DNA from: Malacoraja senta
Taxonomy: Eukaryota
Length of the DNA: 64,000 nt
NCBI GenBank assembly: GCA_038087875.1
Contig: JAXLNO010000366.1
Location: 1 to 64,000, forward strand
Direction of reading: 5' to 3'
A program made the translations under genes and the position numbers. Under the pieces are notes generated by a model that saw nothing but the letters and a program-made list of their open reading frames with translations, was not told the origin of the DNA and did no database searches. Below are positions 25,285 to 37,730 of this stretch, piece after piece; the first letter of the stretch is position 1, and each line of letters opens with the position of its first letter.

Positions 25285-25480
25285 ATAGAACATAGAGCAT
25301 TGAACAGTACAACACAGAAACATGCTGTTTGACCCCCAATGTTTGTGCCGAGCATGATGTCAAGTTTCATTTATCCCCTCTGACTGCATGCGATCCATCC
25401 CTCAATCCCCTGCATATCTATGTGCCTGCCTAAAAGCCCATTAAATGCCACTCCTGTATCTGCCTCCATCAACACCCCAG
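25285..25480 (-). mobile_element. CR1 3' UTR fragment
   Basis: Reverse complement of the tail type at 23290-23485. Confidence 0.7.
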
Positions 25481-25584
25481 GCACATGATGTGGCCTCAGC
25501 ATCAACAGATGACAACATAAATCATTAGAATAGGAGGTTTCAAAAGAATTCTTTCAAAGTGTCCTTCGAAACCAAATCAATGAG

Positions 25585-26175
25585 GCACTGGAGTAATTCA
25601 GCATGTCAAAGAGTATCTCTGAAGAACATGGATAGGTGATGTTTCAGGTCATATCCGAAGACTAGGCTTGTATTCACTGGAGTTTAGAAGGATGAGGGGG
25701 AATCTTATAGAAACATATAAAATTATAAAAGGACTGGACAAGCTAGATGCAGGAAAAATGTTTCCAATGTTGGGCGAGTCCAGAACCAGGGGCTACAGTC
25801 TTAGAATAAAGGGGAGGCCATTTAAGACTGAGGTGACAAAAAACATTTTCACCCAGAGATTTGTGAATTTATGGAATTCCCTGCCACAGAGGGCAGTGTT
25901 GGCCAAATCACTGGATGGATTTAAGAGAGAGTTAGATAGAGCTCTAGGGGCTAGTGGAGTCAAGGGATATGGGGAGAAGGCAGGCACGGGTTATTGATTG
26001 GGGACGATCAGCCATGATCACAATGAATGGCGGTGCTGGCTCGAAGGGCCGAATGGCCTCCTCCTGCACCTATTTCTATGTCTATGTTCTCCAGGGATGC
26101 TGCCTGACTCGCTGAGTTACTCCTGCACTTTATGTCCTTTTGTGTAACCAGCATCTGCAGTTCCTTGATTCTGCC
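25585..26175. mobile_element. Palindromic Penelope/MER6-like element interrupted by a CR1 3' fragment (about 25660-26085, +)
   Basis: Inverted arms CTGGAGTAATTCAGC / GCTGAGTTACTCC flank CR1 LYSLEFRRMRGNLIETYK and its tail. Confidence 0.78.
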
Positions 26176-26574
26176 AATTGAGGTTCTGAAGCCTTGAAAA
26201 CTTTTGAATAGTGACTTTTGAATGGTATATATACTGCCAATACACTAACCTTGAAGCAAGATGATTCAGCAAACTGGGAGTTATAGGGAATGAATATCAC
26301 GAACAGTCAGCTAAGTGTCAAACAGAAAAAAACTTGGATCAACATCTTACTCTGTGCCTTAATATCAGCAGTGCATGGGAACAACTGTATGATTTGTACT
26401 TGGACCCTTCATATCAACATTCTATTGAGGAGCAATAGACCAGGCTTAACAGCTGCAAATAGTACAAAAACCTTTCCTCCCTTTGTTGTGCAAACTTGAG
26501 TTGGTGCTGGAGAACTGATGGATCATTGATCCTCCTGGTGATGACAATAGCTGAGGGAGACCTAACAGAAAGAA

Positions 26575-27062
26575 AGATTTGATTTGATTTTTACTTTATT
26601 AATCCCCTTATTCAGGGGAAATTCAGATGTCCTTGCAGCACACTAATAAAAAATACAACATAGCATTAAAGAAGTTTAACATTAAAACATAAAAACATCC
26701 CCCCACAATGGTTCCCACTGTGGGGGAAGGCACAAAGTCCAGTCCCCATCCCCATGTCCACCCATAGTCGGGCCTATTGAGGCCTCCACAGTCGCCGCTA
26801 CGGAGGCTCGATGTTCCTGGCCGTTCTCGCCGGGTGATGGTACTCCGGCGTCGGGAGAACCCTCTCAGCGGCTTGGGGTGCCAGGAACGGCCGCCTTCTT
26901 ACCGGAGTCCGCGGCTTCCAAGCCAACAGGCCGCTCTGGACAGAGCTCCACATACTGGCGATCTCGGCGAGAGATCCCAGGCTCCGCGATGTTAAAGTCA
27001 GCGCTGCCGCTCGCAGCTGGCCGCTCCACAGACCCGCGGCTCCGCGATGTTTTTATCGGCCC
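26575..27062 (-). mobile_element. Non-autonomous retroposon with hairpin core and Rex1-type tail
   Basis: Tail AATTTCCCCTG..GATTAATAAAG plus (AAATC)n; core at 26697-26731; GATGTTAAAGTCAG motif shared with 27488-28265. Confidence 0.7.
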
Positions 27063-27487
27063 AATAATCAGGTGATAAGGACTTTGATGGTTGTATCAGG
27101 CCAAAGAGAAGAAGGCCTTAATTTCTCTGATTGGATTAGGGGTTGGAGAAGCAGTCAGAAGGGGATTTGGTGTTGAGGAGCCTGAAGGATATCCACAGTA
27201 ATGGGGTTGGAAAGGTTGAAGCTATGGAGGAAGTAAAGCATTTTAAAGGATTCCTAACTATAGGAGCATCCATGCATCTGACGATAAGCATGGATCATCA
27301 TATGCTGATCCCCTTTAAGTAACACTGTTGGAAACCTCATCTGAACACATACACTAGGGTCTCAAGGAAGAGAGGTAACCTCACTGAAACTCCAAAAAAA
27401 ACTCTCCTAGGGCATGACAGGGAGCACACAGGGAGGACAATTTAGCACCAGGGGTAAGTCACAAAATAAGGAATCATCCATTTAAAA

Positions 27488-28265
27488 CAAGTTCAAGTTC
27501 GTTCACAGTTATTGTCACATGCACCAACTGGTACAGTGAAATATGAGTTACCATACAGCCATACGAATAAAAATAATACACAATAGAGTTTAACATAAAC
27601 ATCCACCACAGTGGATTCAAGATTTCTCACTGTGATGGAAGGCAATAAAGTTCAGTCATATTCCTCTTTGTTCACTCGTGATCGGGGTCTTTGAACCGTC
27701 CGCAGTCGCTGCTACGGATGGCCCAATGTACAGGCCCTCTCGCCGGGATGATCGAAACTCCGATGTCGGGACGGAGGAACACACTCTGCAGCTTGGAATT
27801 CCCGTATTGGACGCCTCTTACTGGAGACCGCGGCTTCTTCCGAGACCACAGGCCCCGCTGGACGGAGCTCCAACACTGGCAATCCCCGGCAAGGGATCTC
27901 CCTGCACCGTGATGTTAAAGTCAGTGCTGCGCGCGTGGCTAGAAGCTCTGCAGACCGCTGCTCCACGATGTTAAAGTCAGCAGGCCCAACGCTCCAGAGC
28001 TCCAACACTGGCAATCCCCAGCAAGGGATTGCCCCGCTCCGCGATGGCAATTCCGTGCTGCGTCAGCTGCTGAAGCTCTGGGCCGGTCTCCGGAAGAAAA
28101 GGCCACGCCAATCCATTTGGTAGGCCGCGAGGGGGGTAAGTGACTGAGAATCGTTTTCCCCCTATACCCGCCCCCCCCACCACCACCCCTCACATAAGAC
28201 ATACTGAGAAACATTAAAACATACATTTAGACGCACTAAACATAACAAAGAGGGTGAAAGGACTA
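27488..28265 (-). mobile_element. Non-autonomous retroposon with hairpin core and Rex1-type tail
   Basis: Tail ATTTCACTGTACC..GTGACAATAA plus (AACTTG)n; core at 27601-27643; internal duplication GAGCTCCAACACTGGCAATCCCC. Confidence 0.7.
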
Positions 28266-28470
28266 ACTCCACCATTCAATCATGGTGTATCTATTTTTCA
28301 CTCTCAACCCTATTCTCCCGCCTTCTCCCCGTAACCTTTGATGCCCTTACTAATCAAGAACCTATCAATCCGCACTTTAATGTCCTGGCCTCCACAGCCA
28401 TCTGTGGCAATGAATGCCATAGTTTCACCACCCTTTAGCTAAAATAATTCCTCCTAATCTCCATTCTATC
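28266..28470 (-). mobile_element. CR1 3' fragment
   Basis: Reverse complement of the CR1 3' UTR. Confidence 0.75.
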
Positions 28471-28849
28471 CATTTCCATCCACTGATACTGCTTGACCTG
28501 CTGTGTTCCTCCACCTGCTCTCCTTTCATTCCAGCATCTGCCATCTTTTGTGCCTCCTCCTCTTTCCTCTTTGTTCTGCAAATTTCAAATTTATCCACTC
28601 TCTTTTGGAATGTTGGTATTAAATCAGCTTTTGGCCAAACAATGCAGATGGTAAAGCACTATGCAAACAGATATCCCTCTCTTTGTCTCCATTATGCTTT
28701 GTTGATGACCTTAAACCTATGTCGTAACAGTGGAGATAGTTTCTCCTAATCCTCAGGTAATAATGAGAACCATAGCTTTGGGTGCAACTATTCTGTGATC
28801 CAATTCCACATTTCTATTGGATTGCCATCATACCCATGAAGCTTTATCA

Positions 28850-29005
28850 GATGTGTCGGAAGGAACTGCAGATGCTGGTTTACACTGAAGTTAGACACAA
28901 AATGCTGTAGTGACTCAGCAGGACAGACTGCATCTCTAGATAGAAGGAATGGGTGACGTTTCAGGTCAAGACCATTCTTCAGTCTGACCCGAAACGCCAC
29001 CCATT
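28850..29005 (-). mobile_element. Penelope/MER6-like terminal fragment
   Basis: GGAACTGCAGATGCTGG..GACACAAAATGCTG..GTGACGTTTC..TTCTTCAG. Confidence 0.75.
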
Positions 29006-30105
29006 GCCACTAGCTGCTGAACATGCCCATTCTCACAATATTCGGCCTCTCCAGCACTACCAGGCACTGTACCCCATCATCTTTAACAGTTCAGATTACT
29101 TCTGCCTGCCAATCAAACAGCTTCTTTCAACCTTACCAACCACCCTACCCCTCTTCCCCCCTCTTCCCCCTCTCTCCCCCCCCCCCCCACCAACCCCAAC
29201 CCTTGTCCAACACTATTCCAATTAAAAAACAAATTAGTTCACAGAAAAAAAATCACAATGCTTTGAATTGGCAGGTCATTGTCTGGAGCAGTGTTCTGGC
29301 AATTAATCTTCAATCCCTGGAGAGTCTAGGACAATTGTAGGGATTTGCAACTCTCCTCCACTAAAGAACTGATGCACAGAATGTCCTTCAAAGGCAAACT
29401 ATTCATGCAATTGGCAGAAACCGTCAGTTTTCAGTGAATGGATGAAACCACTTTTATCCAGCGATGGAGCATGGAAATTGCTGTCCTTTTATAAATACAG
29501 ACTGGGTTGCTACGTTTGCGACTAATTGTTGCCATTTGATAATGATACACGGATGACTGGCAATTCTGCTTGGACAATGTTCTTCTGGCTGCTTTCCATT
29601 TTAATTGCTCTTTGGTGCAGTGAAGTAAGCAGTTTCCAAACACTGAACACAGAGAGGCACAGCAGTTGATATCTATCGGCTACAGTCAGGGATTCTGCTC
29701 AACAAACGCCAAAGAATGCCAAGCTAAGCAAAAAGATTGTGCACAGCGCTTCCTCGGAATGGTAATCACCACATTCTCAGCACTATCCCCGCCATGTCCA
29801 ACCTCTACTCACTCTCAACTGCCTCCCCTGCTTTTGTAAAGTGCACACAAGCTGAATACAAACGTGTCGGGATAAAATAGTAAGATTAAACGAGAACATA
29901 CCAGTTTGAAGTTTGATCTTTATTTTATGAGGAGTTACGTTGGTGATTACGTGAAGAAGACCCGTCAGGGCGCATGCGCGTCAATCTTCAAAGCAGCGGT
30001 ATGAAATCACAGACAACACCATAATTGAAGTAACATATTAAGATGATCAACATGAGAACTACCATTATGACCTTTTTTCTATGAGAGAGGGTTGGGTGTG
30101 GCGGG

Positions 30106-30217
30106 CACGTAATCACCAACGTAACTCCTCATAAAATAAAGATAAAACTTCAAACTGGTAAATTCTCGTTTAATCTTACTATTTTACTTCGGAGTCACGT
30201 GAGTGACTACGTGAAGA
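30106..30217 (-). repeat. DIRS internal complementary region (ICR)
   Basis: One half is the inverted copy of 29874-29953, the other the inverted copy of 34658-34693; they join at ATTTTA. Confidence 0.93.
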
Positions 30218-30426
30218 TTTTAAAGCTCTGTGATTTTATGCCGCAGATCAAAATCCCGGCTTCTCACTGCATCGATTGACTGAGTATCATCAATAATGCT
30301 GTAAACATGACATTGCATATCATGCAAAAACAAAACAGTTTTATTTTTGGTCATAAAGCAACCAATAAACCCTCTTAATGTAGGGGCAACAAACGAAACA
30401 GAATTAAACAGTATTGAAAACAGACT

Positions 30427-31401
30427 TTAAACAATAGCAACAGCACTCAATATTGAGTTGGCAAACAGCCCTCCATCGGCAATCGGCCGATGGTAGTATT
30501 GCAGAAACACAAGTTCATTTTTCCAACCTGCGGCTTTTAATATATGGTCGATGGGAACGTCCATCGCCCTGGCCGCGGATGTTGCTACTGCGCTAGTGAA
30601 ATGAGATGTAAACACATAAATGTTAATTCCTGCCTGAACCAACTCTTGCTTTAACCAACTTGAGATAGTCTGAACTGCCACTCTTTTATGTTGGCTTCTT
30701 GTAACTGACAAATAAACCTGTTTCTTCTTGTCTTAAACCCCTTGTGGCTTCAATGTAATGTAACAAATGTGTCCTTACACATAAACATGGAGCTGTAGGA
30801 TATGCTGAGAACACAATCTTAAATCCTGTCACACCTGGCCTGCTTTGTTTGAGCAGGTCATAAATATAAAACAGAACATTCTCTTTAGTCACTTCCAGTC
30901 TCTCGAACTGAAGTTTTTGCAAAGTCTGCACTCTCTGTACTGACACCAATGCCATTAGCATAGCCAATTTCATGGTTAATTTTAACAAAGTTATAGACGT
31001 GACAGGGACCCAATGACGAAGCATGTTAAGAACAACGCTTACATCGCAGATTACCATATACCTACGCTTAGGCGGTTTGGAATTAAAGATTCCTTTCATC
31101 AACCTAGATATGAGAGGGTGAGAACCTATACTTTGTGTCCGTGTACCTATTACAAGATATGCCGACAAAGCACTTCTAGCTGTATTGATAGCAGTATAAC
31201 TAAGACCCTCATCATAATAAAGTGTAGATAAAACTCTAACACATTTTCAATAAATACAGTATCATATTGAATATTCTTTTGAACACAATATTGTTCCCAT
31301 TTTTTTACATAAGTCTTATACTGCTTTTGAGTACTCTTTCTCCTGGCTGCAGTGAGTATATCCACCGTTGGCCTAGAAAGTCCTCGACCAATGTAAGGCA
31401 T
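30427..31401 (-). pseudogene. DIRS tyrosine recombinase
   Basis: RKSTQKQY, HPLISRLMKG, ALVSVQRVQTL, SHFTSAVATS, AAGW..VF..YY; frameshifted. Confidence 0.9.
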
Positions 31402-33093
31402 TCTTAAAAACCTGCAAATTAACAGATCAATACGATCACATAATGGATGAACTTAACGCATTACTGGATGCGCCAGCAAATTCCTACTGTTTGGAATCAG
31501 CAAAAGGACGTTGGATCGCTATCTGTAACATCAAAGGGAACCATGGTTGAATCGGGCAATTTGGTATCACCAAAACCCCTGAAGCGGCATCCTGCTTGAT
31601 TTTCTCAAACACCGACCTATGAGGCTGCATGGTGGGAAAATGTACACAAACATATCATCCCAATTTAGTGAAAAAGCATCAATTGCCACTGCCCCTGGAT
31701 CTGGTGCCCATGAAACATATTTTGGCCTTCCATATAGAAGTACAATGTTCTTGAACACATCCTGGTTCAACATCCACTCTGTATTATCACGGAATTTTCG
31801 TGAGCTGCCATCTGGTACTACATTAAGTTTCCCTGGCAGATAGCTCCAATCCAAATATCTATACTCCAGGTCCAATTTTATTTGCCAACCTGTCACATGA
31901 TAACGATTTGATTCCACCCATGTAATTCATATAAGCAACTGCCTCAGTATTGTCTATTTGGCATTGCACATGCAAACTAGTTTAGTTAGTGCCATAAGCC
32001 TTGAGTCCATAAAATACTCCTGGTTAATTACCCATGTTTGCAGAAGCAATGTCCATCTGTCTCCACAGCTGGATCTTGTATCAGTAGCACCCCACCCAAG
32101 TGCTCTGACATCTGTCTGCAAAATCATGGAAGCTTGGTCCAATAACACTTTGGAACTACTAGTGGACACATGCTCAATCCACCATTGTACATCAGCAACA
32201 GCCTCTATTGATAGAAGCATAGGTCTATTATAATGACCCCAATGTATACTCAGTGCTTGTTCCTTTGACCTTTGTAATTGTAGATAATAAAGTGGCCACT
32301 ATTGAACTGCTGGAAATGCTGCCAGCAATTTCCCCAGCAGACTAGTCACCTGGCTAATTGAAGGGTGTGTCAGCAATTAACTTGATACAGCTCTTAATTA
32401 GCTCTACCCTTTTTTGCCTCGGCAAGGTCACAATCATGTTGATTAAGTCTATTGTGAACCCAACTAGTCAATTTGTGTCATAGGTATTAATTTAGATTTC
32501 TCTGGATAGCTTATGAAGCCCAATTTTTCAAAAGTGCTTTTTTCCAACTGCCAATGATGCTTCAGCTGTTTCCTTTGATTGTCCTACAATCCAGATATTA
32601 TCTAGATGCCATGAGCACATGCCCTTGACTTCTCATCATGCCTAGAATAGGTTTTAACAACTTTGTAATCACTCTAGGAGCTGAAGACAAACCATTAGGC
32701 AGTGCATTGTATTGCCATAACTGCCCCATCCAGCTGAATTTTAAATCTTCTATCCTGCAAATGAATAGACACTGAATCCGCATCTTTAAGATCTCCTCAA
32801 ACATTTCCATCTTAAAATGTCTATACCGTACAAAAAGGTTTAAGACTATTCAGGTCCAGTATAATTCTGCATTCCCCATCCTTTTTTGGTCTGGGAAAGA
32901 TATTGGACACAAACTGATGGCTTTGGTAAACTGCGTTGGCAATTACACCTTTATAAGCTTGCAAGTTCCACCTTAACTTCCAATTGTTCGTTGATACTGA
33001 AGTCAAACTCCTTTTTGGAACATGTTGCATGGGTAAATCAGAATTTGCGTTAAGCTTTATTCGAAACCCTTCAATAACCTTCAGTATAAACAT
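31400..33093 (-). pseudogene. DIRS RT, RNase H and adenine-methyltransferase-like ORF
   Basis: PKKDG..RIILDL, LPNGLSSAPR, QTD...GWG, DAFSLNW..YIFPP; catalytic YLDD is corrupted near 32600. Confidence 0.9.
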
Positions 33094-33139
33094 ATCTGAG
33101 GTATCACATTAGATCTGCCTACATGAGAACCAGACCCAC

Positions 33140-34504
33140 TTACCTCCTTACCATCTGGCATTCTTCCCCGGCCTCGAGCTGGATATCTCACCTTCCCTGG
33201 CGCTGCTACAGCCGAACGCCAACTGCACTGCATCGTAGCTGGACTCGTCCGTTCCCCGGACCAGTCTCCTGGCTTATAGGGATACTTCCGCTTTAGTGGA
33301 TATGTGGCTGCTGGCTGCTTAATCAAGCCCACCGTCTTGGCCTCCTCCTCCAGCTCCTTCACCTGCTTTGCGAAATCCTCGCCAAACAGATTTGCCGGTT
33401 GCACTGTGCCAGGCTGGCAGAGTGAAGCATATTTAGAGTTGATGGTTGGTCTAAACGCAGTCTTGCGGAGGCAGTTGATCTCAAAGTGGGCACTCCACAA
33501 TAGCACCACACCTTTTGTTGTAATTTCGTCATGGCCTCTCCATCCACCAAAGCTCGTTATGCCAGATGCCAGCAACTTTAAAAATATGCTGGAGCTTCAC
33601 CTCCTCCTGGGCTCTCATTTGTATGCCCATCTTGCCCCAAATCTTCCTGTTCCCAACAGGAACTTTTAACAGTCCACAGTTGATTGGGGCTTCATGCTTC
33701 CTTACTGTCTCATCCATTGTCAGCTCCTGTAGCTGATGTGAGACTTGGTAATTTATGCTGGTGGCAAGTTCCTCACCCAGAGGCTCACCAGCGTCCGACG
33801 ACATGGCAAACCGTGCTGCACACGGTGTCAGCTCTGGCCGCTGCATGCCCTCCCTTTGGAAGTCATCGTCGGACTCAGGGTCAGAGTGTATCTGCCCTTC
33901 TGCACTCACCTCTTGCAAAGAGTGTGCTTTCAAGCAGGCCTCTACTAGACACTGCCGGCGGAGCCTTCCCGACGGCCTCCCACCCTCACAACTCCTCCTG
34001 GAGTGTGGCTTTGTGAAGCAGGCCTCTCCTAGGCACTGCCGGCAGAGCCTTCCCTAGGGCCTCCCGCCTGCACAACTCCTCCTGGAGTGTGGCTTTGTGA
34101 AGCAGGCCTCTCCTAGGCACTGCCGGCGGAGCCGTCCCCACGGCCTCCCGCCTGCACAACTCCTCCTGGAGTGTGGCTTTGTGGAGCAGCCCCTATATGC
34201 GCTGCTCCATTTTGGATAACCGCTGGGTCACGGTATCCTGTCCCCGACGGTATCCTGGCCCGACTCTACGGAATCAATGGCCCTGACAGACTTGGCTTAT
34301 GCCTTCCGCCCGACTGGCGTTGGCTGTGTACCCGGCTGGGCACTTTGCCAAGTCTGTCGCCGCACCACTACCGGCTTGCGACTCCCCAGAGGTGACAGGC
34401 TGCCTTTCAGAGACTGCGCTCCCGCAGCTCTCTCTCTCCTTGTCAGTAGCAGGCCTGCACCTTGATGATTTTTTAACTTGTTCCTGTATTGTAGGGAAAA
34501 ACAT
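33140..34504 (-). pseudogene. DIRS ORF1 (Gag-like)
   Basis: Position upstream of RT; P.NC..LKVP and LFGEDF.KQVKEL motifs; stops and frameshifts. Confidence 0.7.
33932..34190. repeat. 84-bp tandem repeat, 3 copies, in DIRS ORF1
   Basis: Units start at 33932, 34016 and 34100. Confidence 0.93.
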
Positions 34505-34996
34505 ACAGCAACAATTTGTCTACTTTTTTCTAACTCCTCCAAAGTCTCCCCGACTTTGGTGGAGCTGTAACTACTCACCTGCAGGAGGAGCTTCGTCCTC
34601 CTGCTGCCGGGCGCCAATGCGTCAGACATAATGACACGCATGCGCCCTGATGGGTCTTCTTCACGTAGTCACTCACGTGACTCCGAAGTAAAATGAGGAA
34701 TACGCTGACATGGTGAAACAGTTTGAAGCTTTGTAACCAAGCTACCTAACCATGTTGTGGGCTAATGCTTTTCACTCATGGAAATATCCCCACCCAGCCT
34801 GGCCCAGATTTAACAACAATTCCTTGCATCATAGTTCACTCTTCTAATGGTCATTCAGAATGTAACGAGGGATGGGCAATAAATATTGGTTGTGGAAGGC
34901 ATCGAGTTTTCTTATTTCCTGACAGCATTAAAAAAAAAGGCCATCTTGACACATTACGTTTACTGGATCAAAGGGCAATCGCTTTTCCCCCATTAT

Positions 34997-35310
34997 GTTT
35001 TAGTTTAGTTTAGTTTAGAGATACAGCACAGAAACAGGCCGTTCAGCCCACCAAGTCTATGCTGCCAGCGATCCCTATACACTAGCACTATCCTACATGC
35101 CAGAGACAATTTACAATGTTTACTGAAGCCTATTAACCTACAAACCTATATGTCTTTGGAGTGTGGAAGGAAACCAGAGCACCGGGGGAAAACCGACTTA
35201 GTCACGAGGAGAACGTACAAACTACATACAGAGAGCATCCATTGTCAGGATCGTACCCGGGTCTCTAGCGATGTAAGGCAGCAACTCTACAGCTGCACCA
35301 CCGTGCTGCA
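34997..35310 (-). mobile_element. V-SINE (HE1-like), followed by an older SINE remnant to about 35500
   Basis: (TTTAG)n tail, V-domain, tRNA head on minus. Confidence 0.87.
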
Positions 35311-35539
35311 GTTTTCTCTCTGCATTCCCATCAACTCCATCCTGATTCGCTCACCACCCACCCATCCCCAGGGAAATTTAGAGCAACCAATTAATTTACC
35401 ATTCCACAGATTTTAGGGATGTGCGGGGAAACTAGATCATCCTGAGAAAACCCACACAGTCATAAGCAGAATGTGCACAATTCTAGATGGACAGTGCTGG
35501 GGAGATACCCCTTTGAAAGCCTCACATAAACACATCTCC

Positions 35540-35848
35540 AGGTCAATAACCAGAGGCCACAGCCTCGGAATAAAAGGACGTACCTTTAGAAAGGAGAAGA
35601 GGAGGAATTTCTTCAATTAGAGAGTGGTGAATCTATGGAATTTATTGCTGTGGAGGTTGTCAATGGATATTTTTTATGGTGGAGATTAATAGATTCTTGA
35701 TTAGTATGGGTGTCAGGGGTTATGGGGAGAAGACAGGAGAATGGGGTTGAGAGGGAAAGATAGATCATCCAAGTTCGAATGGTGGAGTAAACTTGATGGG
35801 CCGAATGGCCTAATTCTGCCCCTACAACTTACAAACTTATGAGCTTAC
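35540..35848 (+). mobile_element. CR1 3' fragment
   Basis: TRGHSL.IKG, RVVNLWN, 3' UTR. Confidence 0.82.
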
Positions 35849-37384
35849 AAATGCAAGGTGTTTATTTGTCCTCACTATTTGCCTATTTTCATCAGTTTTC
35901 TTCTGTTTTATGAGGTGCAGAGGACAGGTGGGTCCCACAGTGGTGCAATATACCCACATTGAGATCACAGCAAAATCTTTTTTTTCAGGCAAATAAGATA
36001 CTTCAGAAAGTTGACCTCACGCTGGCCTGAGGGACCCACTGCTGTGAAGTAGTGCCTAACTCAAGACCACATTCAGCAAGAATTACCGTGTCCACTTCAC
36101 TTTCACAACCCTGCAGAGATGACGAGATCAAGGCAAAGTCAAAAATGAAGCCAACAAGAGTGCCAATCATTACCAAGCCGGGGTTATTTTTGGAAGACAG
36201 GAAGAATATTGATTTTCATCACACGTCAAGATTCAATAGAACACAACAGTGTCTTAGAGCAGATTAGAATTTCTCAACCCCTCTATACCTGTTCAGTATG
36301 TCTCTTCTGTTTAGTCCTATTTCATTAGTAGTAATCCTCAAGATTGGTACTATGCTACATAGTGCAATTCCATCAGCCAACTTGACATGTGTGACATTTA
36401 AATGACAGAACATTTCATTAAACTATAAAACAGCTCCTAAAAAAGTATGATTTCCACATGCACGGACGCCTGAAGCCTTTTAAGAAACAAACTATTTTGT
36501 TCGGTATCATCAGGCCTGTTGCCTACTGCTGGACGATGTATTACAGAAGGGAAGGCAGATTCAGCAGTTGTTGTGACCATGTGAAAAAAAATCATTGTGT
36601 TTTAAGGCCAATATCCGGTATAACATTCCCAGAAAAGGGATTAAGGCAAAAAAAAAAATCCTGAAATGTTGTATTTAGGTGTGAGTTGACAACGATGCAA
36701 TATGGATCACTGTACCTCAGAGCCTAATGAGACTAAAGTCTTGTTCCGTGATATTTATGGAGCAAGGAGTAGTGGACAGGATGAAATGAGGAGTGAAGGC
36801 AAAGTCAGATTCAATCAGATCAGACTCAAAAATAGAGATTAAAAAGACGGGAGGTCAAGAAGAGACAGAGAAAAAAATATGCTTAACATTTAAAATCATC
36901 TAGTATTGTGTTTGCAGGGTCAATATTTGATCATTGTTAACAATTCTGAAGTTATTAAAAGTGCATGCATTGCATTGAAAATAAGAACACAGGAAAATTA
37001 AATAGGGACAGACAATTCTGCCCCATATGCTTGCTCTCCCAATCAATGAGATTCTGATTGATTGTTTATCTAAGTACTAGTCCCGGATCCCTCGATTCCC
37101 TTAAGATCAGCAAATCCATTGACAACTGTTGGCTTAATTACCATACATATTTCTGTGGCGAGTTCAGTGGGCAATTAATATGGAAATGCAAAAGGTGCAA
37201 AAATTACTAGGATATTGTGAAGGGTGCCATCCCTTCAGAGGCAGGTGAACACTCGTAACAACCTGTGGTGATGCACAGCCCACTGGTGGTCTCTTTTTCA
37301 CTGCAGGTTGAAAACCAACTTGCAGGAGGCTAATGATTGTTTAGTATTTAGTAAAGGATTCAAAGGGTTGATCCTTTGAAGATC

Positions 37385-37730
37385 CTTTGAAGAGATGTAT
37401 AAAATTGTGAGGGGAATAGATGGGGTGGATGCAGTCTTTTACCCAAGGTATGGTATTCAATAACTAGAGGGTACAGATTTAAGGTGAGAGGGGAAAGATT
37501 CAACAGGATCTTGAGAGGCAACTTTTTCACATAGATGATGGTGAGTATATGGAACAAGCTGCCACAGCATGTACTCTAATCACATTTAAAAGACACTAGA
37601 TCAGGTACACGGACAGGCCAGAGTTAGAGAGATATGCGTCAAACAAGGGCAAATGGGACTAGCGTGGATGGGGCATCTTGGTTGGCATTAGGGTTGGACC
37701 GAAGGGCCTTTATACATGCTGTGTGACTCT
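37385..37730 (+). mobile_element. CR1 3' fragment
   Basis: Decayed C-terminus and 3' UTR. Confidence 0.75.

Larger units (their letters stand above)
29874..34693 (-). mobile_element. Complete DIRS1-type retrotransposon (copy 2), coding regions decayed
   Basis: ITRs at 29949-29983 and 34632-34666; ICR at 30106-30217 matching both termini; Gag-like, RT, RNase H, methyltransferase-like and YR remnants; no TSD. Confidence 0.95.

Noticed and set aside
31567..31917. Bacterial or phage methyltransferase/integrase by horizontal transfer
   Set aside because: Both are standard DIRS domains and lie within DIRS termini.
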